Assembly: GCF_009914755.1 (NCBI RefSeq)
Contig: NC_060926.1
From: the human T2T-CHM13v2.0 reference genome, Homo sapiens
DNA length: 64,000 bases
Reading direction: 5' to 3' (one strand)
Made by a program: the position numbers and the translations under genes. How positions within the stretch are numbered: the stretch's first letter is position 1; every line of letters begins with the position of its first letter. Under the pieces are notes generated by a model, which was not told where the DNA came from, made no database searches, and saw nothing but the letters and a program-made list of their open reading frames with translations. Positions 52,677 to 64,000 of the stretch are shown here, one piece after another.

Positions 52677-54260
52677 AGCTCTGTGTCATGCTTGCAGTGG
52701 TGATGTTTTGGTTGTAGTCATGCTCTTGGGTCCCTCTTATGACCGACTGTCTGCGTCTTCCCCTCTCCTTTAGCCTTTACTTGGTTCTTTTCCCAACCCA
52801 CCCGCCAAAACTGGCAACCAGCTTCCTCAGAACTTGTTATCTGGCTCGTAATTGCCCAGACTCCAACGCTCAAATGACCTTTTTGCTCTAAAGCCAGTGG
52901 CCATCTGGCAGTAATCTCCCTGTATACAGGATTCTGAGTTCCCAAGAGAGCATCTGGTTGGCTCCCCTTGCCTTCCTGAGTCTGCTACATCATTCCTGGG
53001 CTGCTGGCCAGCCTAGGAGTGGGTCCCCTCAGGTCAGACACACCCTGGGCAGGTCAGCAGCCAGCAGTGGGCACAGGGTAACAGAGCCCCCTGCCTACTT
53101 AACAGGAGCTGTGGGTGGGGGCAGGAGTTACCAGATACATCTAGCACAAGAACCATATCCTAGAACCCTTCAAACTAACATATGCCAGGTAGGTGTAAGC
53201 TTCTGTACTAATTTAAAACTATACATTTCTAAGTTAATGAATTCAGCATCTTGCGGCCATACCAGACATGGCATGGAATTAAACTTTCAGTCCCACTGTT
53301 CATTTTATTCATACATTAGGGTGGCAAGGGTGGTCTTGCTCATTGCAAGCAAAGTCATCCTGGTTCATGAAATGAAGAATGTGGACTGTGCAGTTTTCCC
53401 AGTCATGAAGACTTTTGATACATCACTTGAAATGTTCCTCCTGAAGTTGAGGGTCTTTTGTAATATCACCAGGGCAGTGAATGGCAGAGACCAGATCATG
53501 AATCGCTTCATTTAGAGCCTGCCTCCGGGCTTCCCTGCACTCTGTGGCTGCTAATACCACACCCCTGTGTCCCTTGTGGTCTTAAGTCACAAAACCAGCT
53601 ATTATTAGATTTGCCTGGAGTGTCTGAAAACAGGCTTAGAATGAGGAAACCTTGTCCCACTTTTATACAACTGGAAAACATTACAGAATTTGACTTTTTG
53701 AAAATTTCCCAAAAAAAGGAAAAGAAAAACCCACAAACCCCAGCTTGTACAGTTTAGTCACAGGGAAACACAGAGGTAAAAAAGGTGAACTTGCTTCCAC
53801 TTCACAGGTGGTTTTGATTTAGAAAACGTGCCTCAAAATTCAGTGCCTACAAATACAAGAAAAGGGGTTTGGTTGTGCTTCTAATAGTATAAGTAAAATT
53901 ACTCTTGAATGTTTCAGGGCTCATCAAAATTTACATTTATTCTCTTTTTTCTACTTTTATCTACCTGAGTATTCTCATTATCTCTCCAGCTGTGAGAAAC
54001 TCTCATCTTCCCATGATCCCAAATTAGGTGGGATCCAGTTCTGACAACACGAGTTAATCATCACTAGAAACATTGGCAAGAGCTGGGGAATGTTTGTATT
54101 CCTCTGGGACAGCTTAGCATCTCTGGGTAAATGTTGCAGTCCAACTGACTGCCTTCCCCGGGCTGTCCTTCCCCAAACTTCCTCTCCTAGAGGTAGGAAG
54201 AGCCAAAATCAACTGTTAGGTCTGTGGTAATTTACAAAGCAAGGATGATATTTCAAAACA

Positions 54261-54364
54261 GTTGGCTATATAATGTATTTCCTCTTGCAAAATTATACAG
54301 TTGGTATTCAGTAATATGTTGCCATATAATGTATTTCTTCTTAAAAAATTATACAATGGCTATA
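54261..54364 (+). repeat. Imperfect direct repeat, period 56 nt
   Basis: atataatgtatttcYtctt..aaaattataca at 54268 and 54324. Confidence 0.85.
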
Positions 54365-54561
54365 TGACTGTTTATGTCCACAAAGTCCAGCCAGATTACT
54401 TTTCAAAGAAATTTTAGCAGTTTGATTGCCAAATTCCTGTGATCTCCATATTAAGAACTCTCTGTCTGTGGCCTCTAGTCTTAGAAGTTCTAGTCCATGA
54501 TACAGGTTGTTATGCAAATGAAAGAAAAAGAGAAATGTCTTGTGCTTGTTTTCTTCTTTAG

Positions 54562-54711
54562 AATAAGAAGATCTACTTGGACATTATTCACACATACATG
54601 GAAGTGCATGCAACTGTTTATGGCTCCAGCACAAAGAATATTCCCAGTTACGTGAAAAACCATGGTATCCTCAGTGGACGGGACCTGCAGTTCCTTCTTC
54701 GAGAAACCAAG
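54562..54711 (+). CDS. MGAT5: MGAT5 internal coding exon, 150 nt (approx. N461-K510; probably coding exon 11)
   Basis: Acceptor ttgttttcttctttAG at 54560-54561 and donor AAG|GTAAAA at 54712. Translation NKKIYLDIIHTYMEVHATVYGSSTKNIPSYVKNHGILSGRDLQFLLRETK continues GnT-V in phase 0. Overlaps ORF 54577..54807. Confidence 0.97.
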
Positions 54712-54894
54712 GTAAAAATTCACCACGGATGTGGTGTTCAGGTTATTGCCATTGGCTATGAAAATGGGATCAGAATATTTCATGCTTGTTTTTCAATGCT
54801 GCAATAAACTCTTGTGGCTATTTTGGGGCAGCAGTTTGCTAGACCAATGGCAGCTGAAAAGTAAGTGAATTGTGGAATGAGATTGCTACAGTTT

Positions 54895-55030
54895 TTTTCA
54901 TTGATTTATTCAAAAATCGTATTTACTAAGGACCTACTCAGTGTTAGGTGTCAAGCAAGGGGCTAAGGATAAGGCTGCAAATGGAAAAGGTAAAGCCCTG
55001 CCTGGAAGGACAGACTTTCTAATAGAGCAG
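54895..55030 (-). mobile_element. L2 3' fragment
   Basis: ttcattgatttattcaa...tatttactaaggacctact. Confidence 0.55.
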
Positions 55031-55669
55031 CAGCTTTCATAGTAAGCCAGGGGTGCTGAACTCTTCCCCCAACCCAATCATCACTGTTCAAGGAGTGGGT
55101 TTCCCAACCAGCTTTTCCTCATACCTCCTTGTTCACCAAGTACGCATTGGACAGTGAAGAAGTTCAGATGAGGGCAAAGTCCCTGTGGGCTCAGGAAGCA
55201 GAGCAAGCATCAGGAGAGATGCAAGAGATGAAAGATGGATGGAGTGTAGACACACCTGGCATGTGGGCCAGACAGGAGTTAGAGTCAGGTGGTGGAGGTG
55301 GAGGTGGCATATTCAGGAAAGAGCTAGAAGCCAACCCAGCTAGTCTAAGTGTTGAAAAATAGTGGAGGTAAAATTGGATGAGGGAATGTGAGGGTCTGAT
55401 TGGCACAGATGGAGGCAGAGTTCACACCATGTGGTGGAGGTAGCCGGGCAAGCCCTTGAGGATCATTTTGCTCAGCAGTAGCATGATGACGTGTTGCTTT
55501 GACACTGTAGGGAAGTCCACCCAGTGGTCTGTGTTTTTTCTGTAATGGTGCCATGGAAGTACCAAATGAAGTTCGGGAACTTGTGAAGAAACCAGAGTTT
55601 GGCCTTGAAGGGTTGGCTGGCATTTCAGTGTATTAGATAAACTCCCTCAGGTTTATTAATAAGTTTTTA

Positions 55670-55790
55670 TGAATTTCACAAATATTTATTGAGTAGCTGC
55701 AATGTGCTAGGCGTTGTACAAGGGATGCAAGTGTGAAGAAGGCACATGGATCTCTCTTGTGGTATGTCCTAAGCACAAGGAAGCTTATTT
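55670..55790 (-). mobile_element. L2 3' fragment
   Basis: caaatatttattgagt...tgtgctaggc. Confidence 0.55.
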
Positions 55791-55909
55791 TCAGTAGTGG
55801 ATTTCTCAGCTCTCATCTCTGGCTCGCTTTGTTTTCATGTTCAAGGTAGGGGAGAGAGGTTGAGCAGGTGGACTTCTAGGGCATAATCTCAGTTGTCCAA
55901 TCATTATGT

Positions 55910-56080
55910 GATACTTCATTTATAAAAAGTGTATTCACATATGCTATCCTCTTTGATTCTCACAACAGCATTAAGAGGTAGATAGAGCAGGTATTATTGT
56001 TAACTTTATTTTGAACATGAGGAAATAGGCTACAGAGTTTGGCTTGCCCACAGTAAACTGGGGTCAAGTCCTGGAGGTGG
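55910..56080 (-). mobile_element. MIR fragment
   Basis: tttgattctcacaacagc...gaggtag...catgaggaaataggct. Confidence 0.55.
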
Positions 56081-58170
56081 CCCTAACTCATGATTTTTTT
56101 AATTGCACATTAAAGCTCTGCTAGCCCCTTGATGTACTATCGTCATAAACACTCAAACTTAAGAACTCTTAGTGGACACCCACTAGCCAAAAGAATGTAT
56201 ATCTCCTCTTTGCCTCAGTTTCTCCATCTGTAAATGCATTTGATCCTATCTACGTCCAAGGCATTTGTATGATGCCACAAATAAAATGATTTGACAATTT
56301 CTTTAGCTTATTGGCCAAAGACCTGGTTTGTTTTAAGATTTTATTTCCTTCCAAGGTCATCTGTAGTCTGATGACTGTTTTTTGTTATCCAGGAGTGAAG
56401 TGTGTTCTCTAGTTTTCACTATTTGCTTTCTATCACCTTCTGTCTTAGGCTGACATTTCAGAATCATCAGAATGTCTGGGCCCTTTAATGGCAGTGCTGT
56501 TTTTGCCATTTGCCTCATTTTACTTTTCTCCACATCAGATTGTGGAAAGAGCTCAAGCTCCTTTAAAAAACACTTGGCAGAGCTGGTTTTCAGCAGTGTG
56601 TCATTACTGTCTCACACACTTTTATTAACCCAACCTCATGAATGTCTCTCTCAGCTTCGCAAATTTTGAAAGAACCCTTACTTACCTACCATCCATTACC
56701 CTGTCAGAGATTAGGAAATAGGCCAAAACGGAGATCGCTGATGTCCAGGGGAGGACAGGAAAAGAGGCAGGGAAGGCCCAGGCCAAGATGTCCAAGTTTG
56801 TCTAATGAGCAAGGATTGCAGCCTGAGTTAAAGAGCACGAGGGGTGTATGTTCATCCTTGAAAAACTGGGACCCGTGTAGAGGATGTCACTGATCCCATT
56901 ACCTATTGCCTGCTCCTTGAGTAGAGTATATTAAAATACTCTGAGTGGAATCATGGCTCAGACATTTGGCAAATGTGACAAGGATGGGGCAGCGTATTGC
57001 TGAGACTCCCCTCACACCTGGCACACAGCTACAGGCTCCAAAATGAATGAACCTTTGGCTTTGAAATAATGACATGAAAGACCAGTCAGGCTTCGCATCT
57101 ATAACCCTTTCTGTCTCTGACTCCTTTCTCTCTGTCTATGAGCAATTTAAAAGCGATTTATTCTAATCCACATTGGAAATGGGGAACTGGAGCAGCCGAG
57201 AAGCAGATGTCTGCAGCATGAATGGGATTCACACACTTCTTGGACTCCTTACTGGCAAGAGAAGCAGGGCTGACCTCCTCAAGAGAGTTAGAGACATAGA
57301 GAGATGATTGATGCTTGATCAGCTTCTGACTCATTATTTTTCTTTACAAGCCATCTTTGAATCTCTGCACCAATCTTAGGAAACCCTCTGCTCAGCAGAA
57401 TTTTGTCCAGGCATGCCATTAGGGGTGCAGGCGTCATTAGTAGCCTCTTGCTTCAGGGAACCTGTGAAGATGGAAGGAATTCAATGTAACACTAATACTG
57501 GGGCTAAAAGAGCCAGGAAGTTGTTGGAATCTAGCAGATCCTTCTAATTGGGGTATAAACTTGGATGAATGAATTATTTATCACAGGACCACAGCCGAGT
57601 CATTCAGTCCAGCAAACCCCAGGAGTGCAGTTTAAGCCAGCAAATCAGGACTCACTAGGGTGGCATGTTTTTATTTTTGGTTTAAATCTCCATCTCTTTT
57701 AAAGTGGCTTCTTTCTTCATCTTCCTGGATTTAACCTCTTCATGTCCACCTCCCTCAGTCTTCCCTGTTTCATATATGATACTGAATAGTGCATTTGCAT
57801 CTGCAACTCACTGAGTGCTTTGTGAGCTGGACCAGTACCGTCCTTTCTACAGTTGAAAACAAATTCTGGTTGTGGGGAAGAAAACAGGCAAAGCTGTGGC
57901 TTCTGCACATACTGTCGCTGTACCCCTTCTGTACCCAGACCTCCATTCATTCACCTCTCCAAGACTTGGCTGGGTCATGACGGCACTGTTTCCCCATCAT
58001 GTCAGCTTATCAGCTTACCTGTGGGACTCACCTAGGAACATGGGCAGGCCTGGCAAATATGCAGTGCTCCCTCTGACTCATCTTATCCTCATGACTGACT
58101 GTGCCACCCTGCCCCCCACCAACTATGTCTCTTCTTACTGAGCTTGGATGTGCTCACAAAACCTGTCTAA

Positions 58171-58471
58171 GGCAGGTGCGGTGCAGTAGCTCACATCTGT
58201 AATCTTAGCACTTTGGGAGAGGCTGAGTCGGGCAAATTGCTTGAGCCGAGGAGTTCAAGACCAGCCTGGGCAACATGGCAAAACCCCATTTCTACAAAAA
58301 ATACCAAAAAAAAAAAAAAATAGCTGTGCGTGGTGGCATTTACCTGCAGTTCTAGATTTTCAGGAAGCTGAAATGGGAGGGTCACTTGAGTCCAGAAGGC
58401 TGAGGTTGTGGTGAGCTGAGGACACCTGCACTCCAGCCTGAGTGACAGAGGGAGACCCTGTCTTTAAAAAA
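58171..58471 (+). mobile_element. AluJ, diverged, short tail
   Basis: ttgcttgagccgaggagttcaagaccagcctgggcaacatggcaaaacccc, an expanded central A linker and gagaccctgtct. Confidence 0.9.
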
Positions 58472-60754
58472 GGCTGTCTGAAATACCCAGGGCTTGAGGC
58501 AGCAGACTCTCCTGCAGCTGCATGAGGGCAGAGGGCCTTTGCTTGTTCTATCCACAGGTGCATCCACAGTGCCTGGCTTCTAAAAGGCATTTAGATGATT
58601 GTATAAAGAATGAAAGAAGGAGTCAAAATGAAACACATTGACCATCTGGGATCTCTGAGATTTCTTCCTGTTCTCGTATACCCTGCGCCTAGATCTCTTA
58701 GATCTCACCAGCTAGGGACACTACCCTTCTGATACCCCGTTCCTGCCTGTCTGTAATGTTGCCTACATCTCCAGGCCCTGTGAGTGATAGCCCAAGAGCT
58801 TGCTTCCTTAGGAGGAGCAGTCCTTCTTCTGTTTCTATTACAGATACTGGTTCCCATTTGCCCTCAGGCAGCCAATTGAAGCAGGTTTCATCCTAGTGAG
58901 CATACTTCAAGTCATTCCCATGCCATCTAGATGGGGAAAAAATTGTACGAACACATCCATGCCTCCTTCCCTCCCCCTTATCTACACATGTATATAGACT
59001 GAAGAGTGTACAGAGGTATGAGTCAGTAACCTGTCTGACTTTCAGAGCAAAAGTGCATCCCTACACTCAAATAAATACAACACGTTCAACTTCTGTGCAC
59101 AGAGACACTTGATTGCTGGAAAGATCCAGTCTCATAGTATTTATTCTTTTACTGTTTCATCCAGCAAGTAAGTATAATATTAAGTACTAGATATATTCTA
59201 GGCCTTAGTCTAGCCATTCTAGAGACAGTGATGACTCAAGCAGTTTTGCCCACAAGGAGCATACAGGTATGCTGGAGGAGGAAAGCAGGTAACTGTAACA
59301 ATGTGGAAAGTACACAGGTAGAACTAGTCATAATATGAAATAATGATACAAGCATAAAACTTCACTGTCACGCTGAGTGGGGCCAACAGTTCAGTTGTGT
59401 AAAATGTGGTTCTGTGACTTGTGAAATCAATGTAGTGAATTGGGCAGTCCCATTCAGAGGACAGGAGCCACTGTCAGTCACAGTTTAACACCTCCATGCT
59501 ATTGCGATGCACCTGTCTATGGGATTTACCATAACAGTAACAGCCATTATCTCTCCCCTCTACCATGTACTAGGCCCTATGCCAAGCCCTTTCTGTGTAT
59601 TCTCTCTTTGCATCACAAAAATCCAATGATCTTGGTACTGTTATAAACGGTACCATTTTAATGAAGCAGCCACTGAGGCTCCAGTCGTAAATAAGCCTGT
59701 TTTGCTGCCTCCGTGTTGGCGGCTGAGGGGTTGTCCTGGTGTGGAATTTGGGGGAGAGAGGCGTGGTCAGAAAAGGGTCCTCCCAGGAGATGATGCCTGA
59801 GTGGACTTTTAATGGGGAGCACTTGAGGCTGGCCCAACTGAACATGTTCAGCATCTACAGGTTTAAATTTATGCAAATATTCTTTTACTCCCCTATCTCC
59901 AAGTTAATAAATTTACAATGTGAATTGTAATGCATTTGATTTTATATTGGGGCTTTCAAATGACCGAAACTCAGGAACTTTTTATCCTGATGCTGTTGTT
60001 TGTGGTTTGGGTTTTTGTTTCTGAAACGGTAGTTAGGTAGCTTGGCATAATCAGCCAGCTGGTCTTCAGGAAATAGTCTTTGGTTTAGCAGCAGACTCTG
60101 ACAAAAGTCTGCTTTGGGCATGTAAACATGCTTGGTGAGTCTTCTTTTCTTGGCCTCCGTGGACCTTCCAGCTCTTCCCTAGAGAGTCTTCAGGTCACAT
60201 GAGTCAGGGGCTTGTGGAGCCCTTGGGAGGATAGAGCCAGCCTGGATGGAAGAGAGTCTGGCCACTGTTTATCCCTTCCTTAAGCATCAGGTACCTGAAA
60301 GAAGGCAGATGGCCAGGGAGGGACCCTTTGGGCTACATGAAAGCATCACATTTTGGAAAAATTGTTTTCTTCATACCCAGCCCCTTGTCTGGGTTATTTT
60401 TAAGATATAAAAGGGATGCCTATTACCAGAAACATTAATATAATGATTCCCAGTCATTGTATAAAAATAAACAAGCAAAGCTTAGCAATAGCATGTGACT
60501 CATGGGACTGGCTTATGTGGCAGTCACTGTAAACCATATCATCTCTTATCTCTCTCTTCTGATGAATATCCCTCCCCGTTTTTTAGTGCAGATACTTTAT
60601 GAAACAATGAGAACTCATAAATATACATGCAGGTGCTGAACATCTTGTAAAAACCCACAAACATAACTCCTGCACACGTAAACTCCGTCTAAATGATATA
60701 AGGCCATGATATGCAGCTGTGTGAAGTTGCATATGGATTTGAACTTGAGTGACT

Positions 60755-61070
60755 GATTATCCAGCACTTACTAAGTGCCAAGACTTGGAATGAATCCTTT
60801 CCATGTACTATCTCATGTAATCCTCACAGCAACCCCATGAAATAAAGCACTATTGTTTTACCCATTTTACACATGAAAACTCTGAGGTTTAGCAAGCTTG
60901 TTACCCGGACTAAGGTCCTATAAATAGAATAGATTATAAATGGGCCTTAACTAATCCATAGACAGAAGCACCTAGCAGTGTGTCACAGTGACTGACCTGG
61001 GAAATGATGGAGCTAGACCTTGAAGCCTAATCTGTCTCCAGAACCTGCGCTGTTAATTACCACATTGTTC
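60755..61070 (-). mobile_element. MIR
   Basis: tatctcatgtaatcctcacagcaaccccatga...cccattttacacatgaaaac. Confidence 0.65.
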
Positions 61071-64000
61071 TGGGCACTTTGTGCCAATAATGGATTCATC
61101 AATTCATTTGATGAACCGGGGGTGATTCATTGCTCAGTTTCCCTCTAGAGTCACCATGCCAACTTCGCTAATTAAAACTGGCCAGAAAAGTATGTGTTGT
61201 GTGTGTGTTTCCTATTTATGATTATCCTCAATGTTCCCCATCAAGAGTGAAACTGACCAAGCCCATGGATAAGAACCCCCTTTATCCATGTTTAAAGATT
61301 CTTTAAGTACTCCACTTAGCAGTTTAAAACAATTGTTTCTTCTTTCACAGAGTGGGAAAAATCTGGGTGGTTTTACTGGACCCTTTGTGAATGTGTAGGA
61401 ACGTCCCAATCCTATACTGTGAAGAAAACGTATGGTGCCTCATCTGTTCTCTCTGCTTAGCATTAGTTCAGAAATTTAATCCTAGATCCCACAATCCCTC
61501 TGTGTAGAAATACTCATTGATGGAGCTGGAGTTGCAGCCATGGAGATATTTTGTCATCTGGAATATCCTCATTAGATTCTGGGCTTCTGAAGGCAAGGTG
61601 AAATATAAGTAAAATATGGCCAGTTTTCTCCAGCAGAGTTAAGCCTTGGCACTTACGTACATTCTTGCAGTGTCTCTTGCCTCCTTGCTAAGGAAATCGG
61701 TTAAGTAGGCAGAATAGCAGGAGATTAGGGGAAAAGCAATTCAATGTGGTTAAGGTGCCAATGTGTGGCAAGACCATAAGTGCAAGGAAGTTTACAGAGT
61801 GCTGTTTGGTGGTGATGAACTCTCTCCGCCTGTTGTGTTTTCATTCAAACCTCAGATGTGCTATTTGACCTTAATACATCTGCTCCATTGTAATATCACA
61901 GGTAATAAGCACACAGGAAGCAAGAAAAAAATTGCTTATTGACTGAAGTGACAAAAAACTGTTATTTTGGTGTTTCCAAGTAATGTATTTCCTACAATCC
62001 TAATTGTGTGACAGAAAAACTCATTGCCAGGAAATTATGTTGTATTTGCTTAGGCTTCATTCTAAACATATGAGGCTTTGGGAGAGTTAATAAAGTTTTT
62101 ATTTTATGTGTACTGAGATATTCTGGTGCCCACAGGGCAGAAGAGATGGTTCATATTGTTGTTCAGATATAATTAAACCTAGGTCACATTCAAGTCCATT
62201 AAGCAACAGCCTCAAATCCTTTTAATTAATGGATTCAGATTGATCTAAAGAAGCTAATTAAATTTTTCCCAAGATTTTCTATTTAAATAGACAAACATTG
62301 TGCTGCTTGCATTTCCTCCAAAGCTGTTCTTTGAAATTTAGAGTTGATGAAGGTATCCACACTTCATGGCAGGCCCTGATTTTCAGAGGTCAGGAGGCAC
62401 TGTGGGTTCTCTGACTAAACCTGCAGAAATCCTGATCTGCGTCTTCTGGCACTTTTCTCCTCAGTCAGAAAGATCTGGACTCCCTGTGCTATCTTATGCC
62501 CAACCACGGCCTGACAGAGGTCATTTGTTTTCCACTGGAGAGCCGGCACATCCTCTCCAAAGTCTGATAGGAGAGGGCAAATCAGAGATCACAAGTCTGG
62601 TAGATAACAACCCTGGATTCTTCATATTCCATAAAGCTGGGATGTCGTGGGACTAGTACATTCCCACTGTTTCCTTCCATTTCATCTGCAGCAGTCAGAT
62701 CTCCCCCACCCCTGAGCCACATGTCCAGGCCACACCCTATAGTTAGAAGTTCTCTCTGACAATCTCGTTTCTGTTAGCTGTATAATAAGAGTAAGATGCA
62801 GAGCAGGAGCTTCCTAATGGTAGTAGAGCTTTCCCTTTATCCTACAGCTTCCAGGCTCCTGGCTACCATGTTTTCCTCACCACCATCACCCCCACCCGTG
62901 ATCTCTGGTGGTTCTGCTGCCCAAGGGGGAAATGACCCAGCCAGCATTAGGGGCTCTGCTGGCCTCTAAAGCTTCTTTTCTTCCCAGCTCCCTGCCCTGT
63001 GGACATCTCTGGCATTGTGATCACGCAGTTTTCAGGAAACGAAAATTTATTCTTTCAAAAAACCAAAAAGATTGAGTACCCTATTCTGTTCAAAACAAAA
63101 GTAAATAGGTCCAGAAAACCTGAGATGTTAGTGCTGTGCCCCAGAATTCCTTCAGGAGCTACCTGGTTCTCCAGTATGTCACCCATGGGCTGTGCTCAGG
63201 GTTGGCCTGACACATGCAGCCCGGCAGCTTGGGCCTGGCACCCTCCAGCTGAACCTTTCTAAACGATCATTCAATTAGAGCAGCTGCTAAGAGAGGAAAG
63301 CTGGTGAGAAGGAGGGGATTGCTGTGAAAAGACCGAGGGAAAAACAGAACCAAGCTTGCAGCTAAATCTAGTTGAGCCATCTCCTTCATTCTCAACACCT
63401 GGCCTTGTGGTTGGGTGATGCTCTGTGATGGCAGAAGGTAAGGACGCCCTGGGGCCCAGTTATCTTTTCTCACTTAATGTGCCCCTGGGGGCTGAAACAG
63501 AACAGGCTTTTATGTGGGTAGAGAGGACACAGCTTCGTCAAGCCCAGACCTGGACCCTGCCCATCAACAACCTGCAGTGCTCCAGCAGTGTGAAGTACAC
63601 CCACTGTGATGGTACGTGCCGAGGCATTTCTGTGAGCAGTTATTTCATTTTTGGACCCAGGAAATCAGCACCACTGAACTGCAGCTTGTCCCCTTTGTCA
63701 TCGTGGCTTCCAGCTGCTGTGGTTGCTCTGAGGACTGAGAGCAAGTTGTTGCTGCCATCTATGGTCTGTCTTGGGGGAAGCACATGGTTTGCCTGCTGGA
63801 GAGGGAAGCAGCTGCCTTGCAGATTCAGCAACACAGCACCCTCTCTCCCCTCTGAGGGGAAAATCAACACCAAGATGTTGGTGTCCCCAGTGTAAACCCC
63901 ATTATGAAAACCTGTGTTTACTGACCTACCATCATTTTAAAGCAGTTCCGTTTGAACTGCAATCAAACCTCCAAGTGACCTTTCTGTCCCTCCGCCCAGC

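Larger units (their letters stand above)
54712..64000 (+). other. MGAT5: MGAT5 intron, partial (the next exon, LFVGLGFPYEGP..., was not seen in the window)
   Basis: Starts with GT. No sequence encoding the expected next peptide was recognised before the window end. Confidence 0.85.

Noticed and set aside
52958-53515. Longest ORF in the track (185 aa); similarly 22468-22989 (173 aa) and 63425-63895 (156 aa)
   Set aside because: Non-ATG starts, no recognisable domain, and no match to GnT-V. The lengths are compatible with chance in 64 kb.
63975-64000. Acceptor-like cctttctgtccctccgcccAG at the window end as the start of the next MGAT5 exon
   Set aside because: Only one base follows, so the expected LFVGLG peptide cannot be verified.

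Overview
This is primate, most likely human, genomic DNA, not prokaryotic. The window lies inside the + strand gene MGAT5 (N-acetylglucosaminyltransferase V, GnT-V). Three internal coding exons are readable: 1308-1441, 13791-13924 and 54562-54711. All have canonical AG/GT boundaries, and their phases join into one continuous frame (..Q/CMLRVLDSFGTEPEF...MF/PHTPDNSF...FWK/NKKIYLD...RETK). The remaining ~99% is intron: complete introns of 12.3 kb and 40.6 kb, plus partial introns at both ends. The introns are filled with Alu/FAM, L1, L2, MIR, MLT1 LTR and DNA-transposon (MER58, MER20, MER5, Tigger) remnants and microsatellites. Apart from frames overlapping these exons, the ORF track appears spurious or repeat-derived. 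I found no evidence of a novel protein-coding system. The observations most worth checking are non-coding: (1) a recursive-splice/cryptic-donor cluster just upstream of the second exon; (2) a dense AP-1 motif cluster with E-box/AP-1 composites at 57.3-60.5 kb; (3) a candidate poison exon or intronic polyA site near 30.9 kb; (4) a FAM element whose 3' end is triplicated inside a compound tetranucleotide STR; (5) several oddly rearranged Alus. Repeat subfamily calls and boundaries were made by eye from remembered consensus motifs and are approximate.
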